The notes under the pieces were generated by a model. It was not told where the DNA came from. It made no database searches and worked only from the letters and a program-made list of their open reading frames with translations. Both the position numbers and the translations under genes were made by a program. This document shows positions 59,801 through 64,000 of a stretch of 64,000 bases of DNA, piece by piece. Within the stretch, counting starts at the first letter, position 1, and each line of letters opens with the position of its first letter. Source of the stretch: Octopus sinensis (taxonomy: Eukaryota); contig NC_042999.1 of assembly GCF_006345805.1 (NCBI RefSeq), positions 10,354,001 to 10,418,000 on the forward strand, in the 5' to 3' direction.

Positions 59801-62125
59801 ATCCTGTGTTTGATCTTTTGACTAAAAAACAAAAAGCAACCCTATTTTGAATAGTAATTAACCTGGCAGACAAGAAATTTGTTAAGCATAAATCTGTCTT
59901 ATTCAATTTAGTTAATGGTGTCACTGATTTTCCCGTTCTAAATATTTCAGCTCCCAACACAAAAAACACAAAAGTATCCTTTGAAATAAGACTGAATTCC
60001 AAATTCTAATAATTTTTTTTTTTTGTTTTTGTTTTGTTTTTTTTTTTTTCGTCTCAACTCTACAGACATCACCTGTAAATTTTATCAAAATATAACAAAT
60101 GTTGATTTCAAATTTTGGCACAAGGCCAGCAATTTCGAGGGAGGAGATAAGGTGATTACATTGGCCCCAGGTACACTGCTGGTACTTATTTTGTCAACCC
60201 TGAAACGATGAAAGGTAAAGTCAACCATGGCAGAATTTGAACTCAGAACATAAAGACTGACGAACTGCTGCTTAGCATTTTGGCCAGTGCAGTAAGAATT
60301 CTGCCAGTTTGCCACCTTGAATTCTATCAAAATATTAAAAAATACATTAAAAGTATATAGGAGCAGGCATGGTTTTGGGTTCAGCCCCACTGCACAGCTT
60401 CTTGGGCAAGTGTCTTCTTTTTCCTCCAGACCAACCAAAGCTTTGTGTGTGCATTTGGTAGAGAAGAACCCATCGTGTGTGAGAGAAGGAGAGTAAGGAG
60501 GTAGAAGCCTCTCCTTTCCCTTAATGACTCTTCTTGCTTGTAGAGGTTGTCTCCCCTCTTCAAGTGGATCGGGTCCTTAATTGCCATTTGGTAATTGTGA
60601 TTACATTACCCAAAGGTACACAGCCTGGAGGTTAGGGTGTTGCCCTCACAATTACCAGATTGTGGGTTTGATTCCTGGACTGGGCAGCATGTTGTGTTCT
60701 TGAGCAAAACTCTTCATTTCACATTACTCTAGAGCTGTATGAAGACAGCCATGTCAAAGAATAGACCCAACGTTTTCTTTACAAGTCATAAAGCCAAACA
60801 AAAGAGGCTGAGGTAGTGTTTGCATTCTTGAAACACCAGCAACAACTGCCCAAAACAAATCCATGGGTTGGAGGGTTGTTGCCTGAATGGTACAAAGGCA
60901 TCATCTATCAGGAGTCGGAGAGAACCACCAACAAATGGTGAATGCAGCATTTGCCCCATAATACTTCTACTGCTACCCTAAAGGCAGAAATAATTTTAAT
61001 AAATCAAGAATTTATGTTATATGACATTTGATATATCTGCATTTTCTATGCTCTGTGTGTGTGTGTGTGTGTGTGCTCACTTATGCGACAGTCATGATGT
61101 TTGAGTCATTTTGTGTTGTGTACTTCTGTCAATAAATGTTCCCCTTAGTACATGCCTTCAAAGCTGTGTGAAATAAGGTATCCTTTACTTGGAAAACAGA
61201 TAAGGTGTATGTTACTTGCAAAACAGATAAGGTATCCTTTACTTGCAAAACAGATAAGGTGTCCTTTACTTGGAAAACAGATTAGGTGTCCTTTACTTGG
61301 AAAACAGATAAGGTGTCCTTTCCTTGGAAAACAGATTAGGTGTCCTTTCCTTGGAAAACAGATTAGGTGTCCTTTCCTTGGAAAACAGATTAGGTGTCCT
61401 TTCCTTGGAAAACAGATAAGGTGTCCTTTACTTGGAAAACAGATAAGGTGTCCTTTCCTTGGAAAACAGATAAGGTGTCCTTTACTTGGAAAACAGATTA
61501 GGTGTCCTTTATTTGGAAAACAGATTAGGTGTCCTTTATTTGGAAAACAGATAAGGTGTCCTTTACTTGGAAAACAGATAAGGTGTCCTTTACTTGGAAA
61601 ACAGATTAGGTGTCCTTTACTTGGAAAACAGATTAGGTGTCCTTTACTTGGAAAACAGATTAGGTGTCCTTTACTTGGAAAACAGATTAGGTGTCCTTTA
61701 CTTGGAAAACAGATTAGGTGTCCTTTACTTGGAAAACAGATTAGGTGTCCTTTACTTGGAAAACAGATTAGGTGTCCTTTACTTGGAAAACAGATAAGGT
61801 GTCCCTTACTTAGAAAACAGATAAGGTGTCCCTTACTTGGAAAACAGATCTAACCAATGCTAACATGGAAAAACAATTGTAAAAACAAACAAAAACCATT
61901 TTGCAATAAATGTCTGATGAGTTTATTTTCCATATTTTTCCAGGTGAAGGAGCAAACACTGCTCGTCAAGCGAGCGTCAAAGCTGGTTTACCTTATTCCG
62001 TCCCAGCCTGTTGCATTAATATGTTGTGTGGCTCTGGCTTAAGATCTGTTGTGATGGCTGCTCAAGCGATTAAAGTTGGGGATTCTAATATTGTCATCGC
62101 AGGAGGAATGGAGAACATGAGCCGG
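54037..62125 (+). CDS. ACAT2: cytosolic acetyl-CoA acetyltransferase (thiolase II), exons 1-3; 3'-partial in this window
   Basis: join(54037-54079, 54932-55066, 61944-62125): [21 protein letters not shown]...[12 protein letters not shown]...[29 protein letters not shown]...AGGMENMSR. No mitochondrial presequence. Confidence 0.92.
54932..55066 (+). CDS. ACAT2: ACAT2 coding exon 2
   Basis: ctgtttag|[47 protein letters not shown]|gtaag. Confidence 0.96.
55636..56026. mobile_element. MITE with ~93-bp imperfect TIRs inserted into a SINE A copy
   Basis: 55636-55728 vs 55934-56026 (gctaatgcaga...gattacgaata / tattcgtaatc...tctgcattagc). The SINE resumes after it. Confidence 0.8.
56865..57192 (-). 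mobile_element. tRNA-derived SINE with V-domain-like body
   Basis: Minus head ggtgcatggctcagtggttagagcg...gaatcccggaccgggctgcgtgttgtgttcttgagcaaggcact. Confidence 0.65.
57885..58795. repeat. 66-bp minisatellite, ~13.8 near-identical copies, derived from the RTE 3'UTR
   Basis: Unit ggtggcacataaaaagcaccattcgagtgtgaccgttaccagtgccgccttattggcactcatgct; continues into an ordinary RTE 3' end at 58800-59098. Confidence 0.97.
59847..59951. repeat. 105-bp repeat, left member of an inverted pair around ACAT2 exon 3
   Basis: Reverse complement of 63058-63162 with 6 mismatches. Confidence 0.9.
61173..61847. repeat. 27-bp minisatellite, 25 copies
   Basis: Unit at(a/t)aggtgtcctttacttggaaaacag; 675 bp = 25 x 27; ends 96 nt before the exon 3 acceptor. 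Confidence 0.97.
61944..62125 (+). CDS. ACAT2: ACAT2 coding exon 3 (catalytic Cys, NMLCGSGL)
   Basis: tttttccag|[16 protein letters not shown]...GGMENMSR|gtaag. Confidence 0.97.
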
Positions 62126-63057
62126 GTAAGTCTGTTAGTCAAAGAGTTATTCTTTTAAAATTCAGATCCAAAGTGACATTTCACATTTAATGATGTGACA
62201 TCTTTTTTTTTTGTCATTAAGATAATCTATAATTACTGCATGGTGCTCAGGTGCACTACAAGATTATTAACAACAAAGCAACACAGAACTAACGAGTTTA
62301 AAATGAAACATCAGTCCCCTATTTTTTCATCAAGTTTTGTAGCAATCTTGGCTTCATATTTTTTACTAGATTTTTACCAATTAACTTTTTCAAATAATTT
62401 TCCAAAATTATTCTCTCCCTTCCCATTCATTAAACTGTCTTTTAATATTTATTTCTTTACTACCCACAAGGGGCTAAACACAGAGGGGACAAACAAGAAC
62501 AGACAAACGGATTAAGTCGATTACATCGACCCCAGTGCGTAACTGGTACTTAATTTATCGACCCCGAAAGGATGAAAGGTAAAGTGGACCTCGGTGGAAT
62601 TTTAACTCAGAACGTAACGGCAGACGAAATACCGCTAAGTATTTCACCCGGCGCGCTAACGTTTCTGCCAGCTCGCCACCCATATTGTTTAATTTTGAAC
62701 ATTGACATTGCTTGGCCAAATAAACAAGCTAAGACCATCATCCTCATCATTTAACATCTGTCTTGGATGCCAGTATGGGTTTGACAGGATCCAGTGAGCC
62801 ACAGAACGAACCATGTCAAGCCACAGTGTCTGCTTTGGCATGGTTTTCACAGCTGAATGTCCTTCCTAACGCCAACCACTTTACAGAATCTAGACTGTAT
62901 GGTTTCCATGACAACAGCACGAATGTGGTTGCCAAGTAACACAGAAGAGAAAGAAGCAAGAAGTATTCGAATCTGGAACTCAAAGACTTATTTCAAAGAA
63001 TACTTGTGTTTTTTTCTTTTGTTTTTCTTTGCATGTCGTAAACTCCAAACAAAACCG

Positions 63058-63162
63058 GCTGAAATATTTAGAACGGGACAATCAGTGACACCATTAATTA
63101 AATTGAATAAGACAGATTCATGCTTAACGAATTTCTTGTCTATCAGGTTAATTACTATTCAA
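63058..63162. repeat. 105-bp repeat, right member of the inverted pair
   Basis: See 59847-59951. Confidence 0.9.
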
Positions 63163-64000
63163 GTGTCTTCCTATAGAGGAGATACAGGGCTACCCCAGGG
63201 TGGGTGGGAGTAACTGGAAAGAAAATCAAAATGGTGGTGATAAGGTGTCAGAGCTTAGTAGAGGGTGAGTGGAAGAGAGAATGTGGGGGTGAGTGGAGGT
63301 TAAGTTCATTAGAGTGTGAGAGGAGAGTGGTGGGTGTAGAGGGTAATGTAGTGAGTGGGACAAGGATGGAGATATGGTGGATGGTATACTAGTGGTGGGG
63401 GAGGTGAATGAAAGGAGGGGGTGATGAGTGGCTGTATGGAGAGCAGCAGCAGTGTAATAGCTCATCTGTGGATGATCATTGTTTAATGTCTGCTTTCCAT
63501 GCTGGCATGGGTTGGATGGTTTGACAGGAGCTGGTCAGCTGCCCAGGGTCTATGTGTGTTTTGGTATGGTTTCTAAGGCTGGATACCCTTCCTAATGCCA
63601 ACCACTTCATAGAGTGTACTGGGTGATTTGTAGGGGACAGAGAAAGGGAGATGTAGAAGAATGGGTGTAAAAATGAGCCAATTTGTCTCAGTTTCTCTTC
63701 TTTCTGAATTATTAACTGCAAAGTTTTTAGGGTTTTTTTTATTTGCCCCCTCCTCTTCAGGATGTATTCTCCATTATTAATTCTATCTCTGTGTAATAAT
63801 ATCTGATGTAGATGTTGAGCAGTTGGTTGGTTTCTCCAGTCATGCTTTACATCATTTAGAGAGAAGGGGGGAGAGGGGTAAACAAAGGAGGTGCAGGAAG
63901 AGTGCATATACCAGACTTGGTGGCAGGCAATGAGTAAATGAATGCTACATACAGAGAAAGAATCATAGTGATAGAGGAGGGAGGGAAATAATTATTTCCT

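Noticed and set aside
61152-61853. 233-aa KQIRCPLLG-repeat ORF
   Set aside because: Artefact of the 27-bp minisatellite inside ACAT2 intron 2; no spacers and no splice context.
63200-63470. Strongly purine-skewed blocks (also 1740-1960, 19650-19960, 31400-31660)
   Set aside because: Consistent with heavily decayed LINE or low-complexity sequence; no periodicity or conserved frame.

Overview
AT-rich, repeat-dense eukaryotic genomic DNA; no prokaryotic features, rRNA, genuine tRNA or CRISPR array were found. The repeat set (RTE LINE 3' ends with (GAT)n tails, tRNA-derived SINEs, very long TA/CATA/GATA microsatellites) looks like an octopus or other coleoid cephalopod genome, which is an inference. 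Two host genes were reconstructed by hand from splice sites and translation. (1) A complete 13-exon PPIL4 (cyclophilin + RRM + Lys/RS-rich tail) on the minus strand, CDS 50768->23493, 1581 nt = 526 aa + stop, with all exon phases closing. (2) Coding exons 1-3 of a cytosolic acetyl-CoA acetyltransferase (ACAT2-like thiolase) on the plus strand from 54037, continuing past the window. The genes are head-to-head, 3.27 kb ATG to ATG. The rest is mostly mobile DNA: a 5'-truncated but young RTE LINE with a PHD finger inside its RT, CR1, R4-like, mariner, Helitron/Helentron-like, Gypsy and MITE remnants, and three minisatellites. The best-supported non-obvious signals are a U12-type (minor spliceosome) intron in PPIL4, minisatellites arising repeatedly from one LINE 3'UTR module, a ~94% inverted pair bracketing the catalytic exon of ACAT2, and a nested foldback carrying telomere-like repeats. 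I found no convincing wholly new multi-gene system. Repeat boundaries are approximate (about +/-10-30 nt); exon boundaries were counted base by base.
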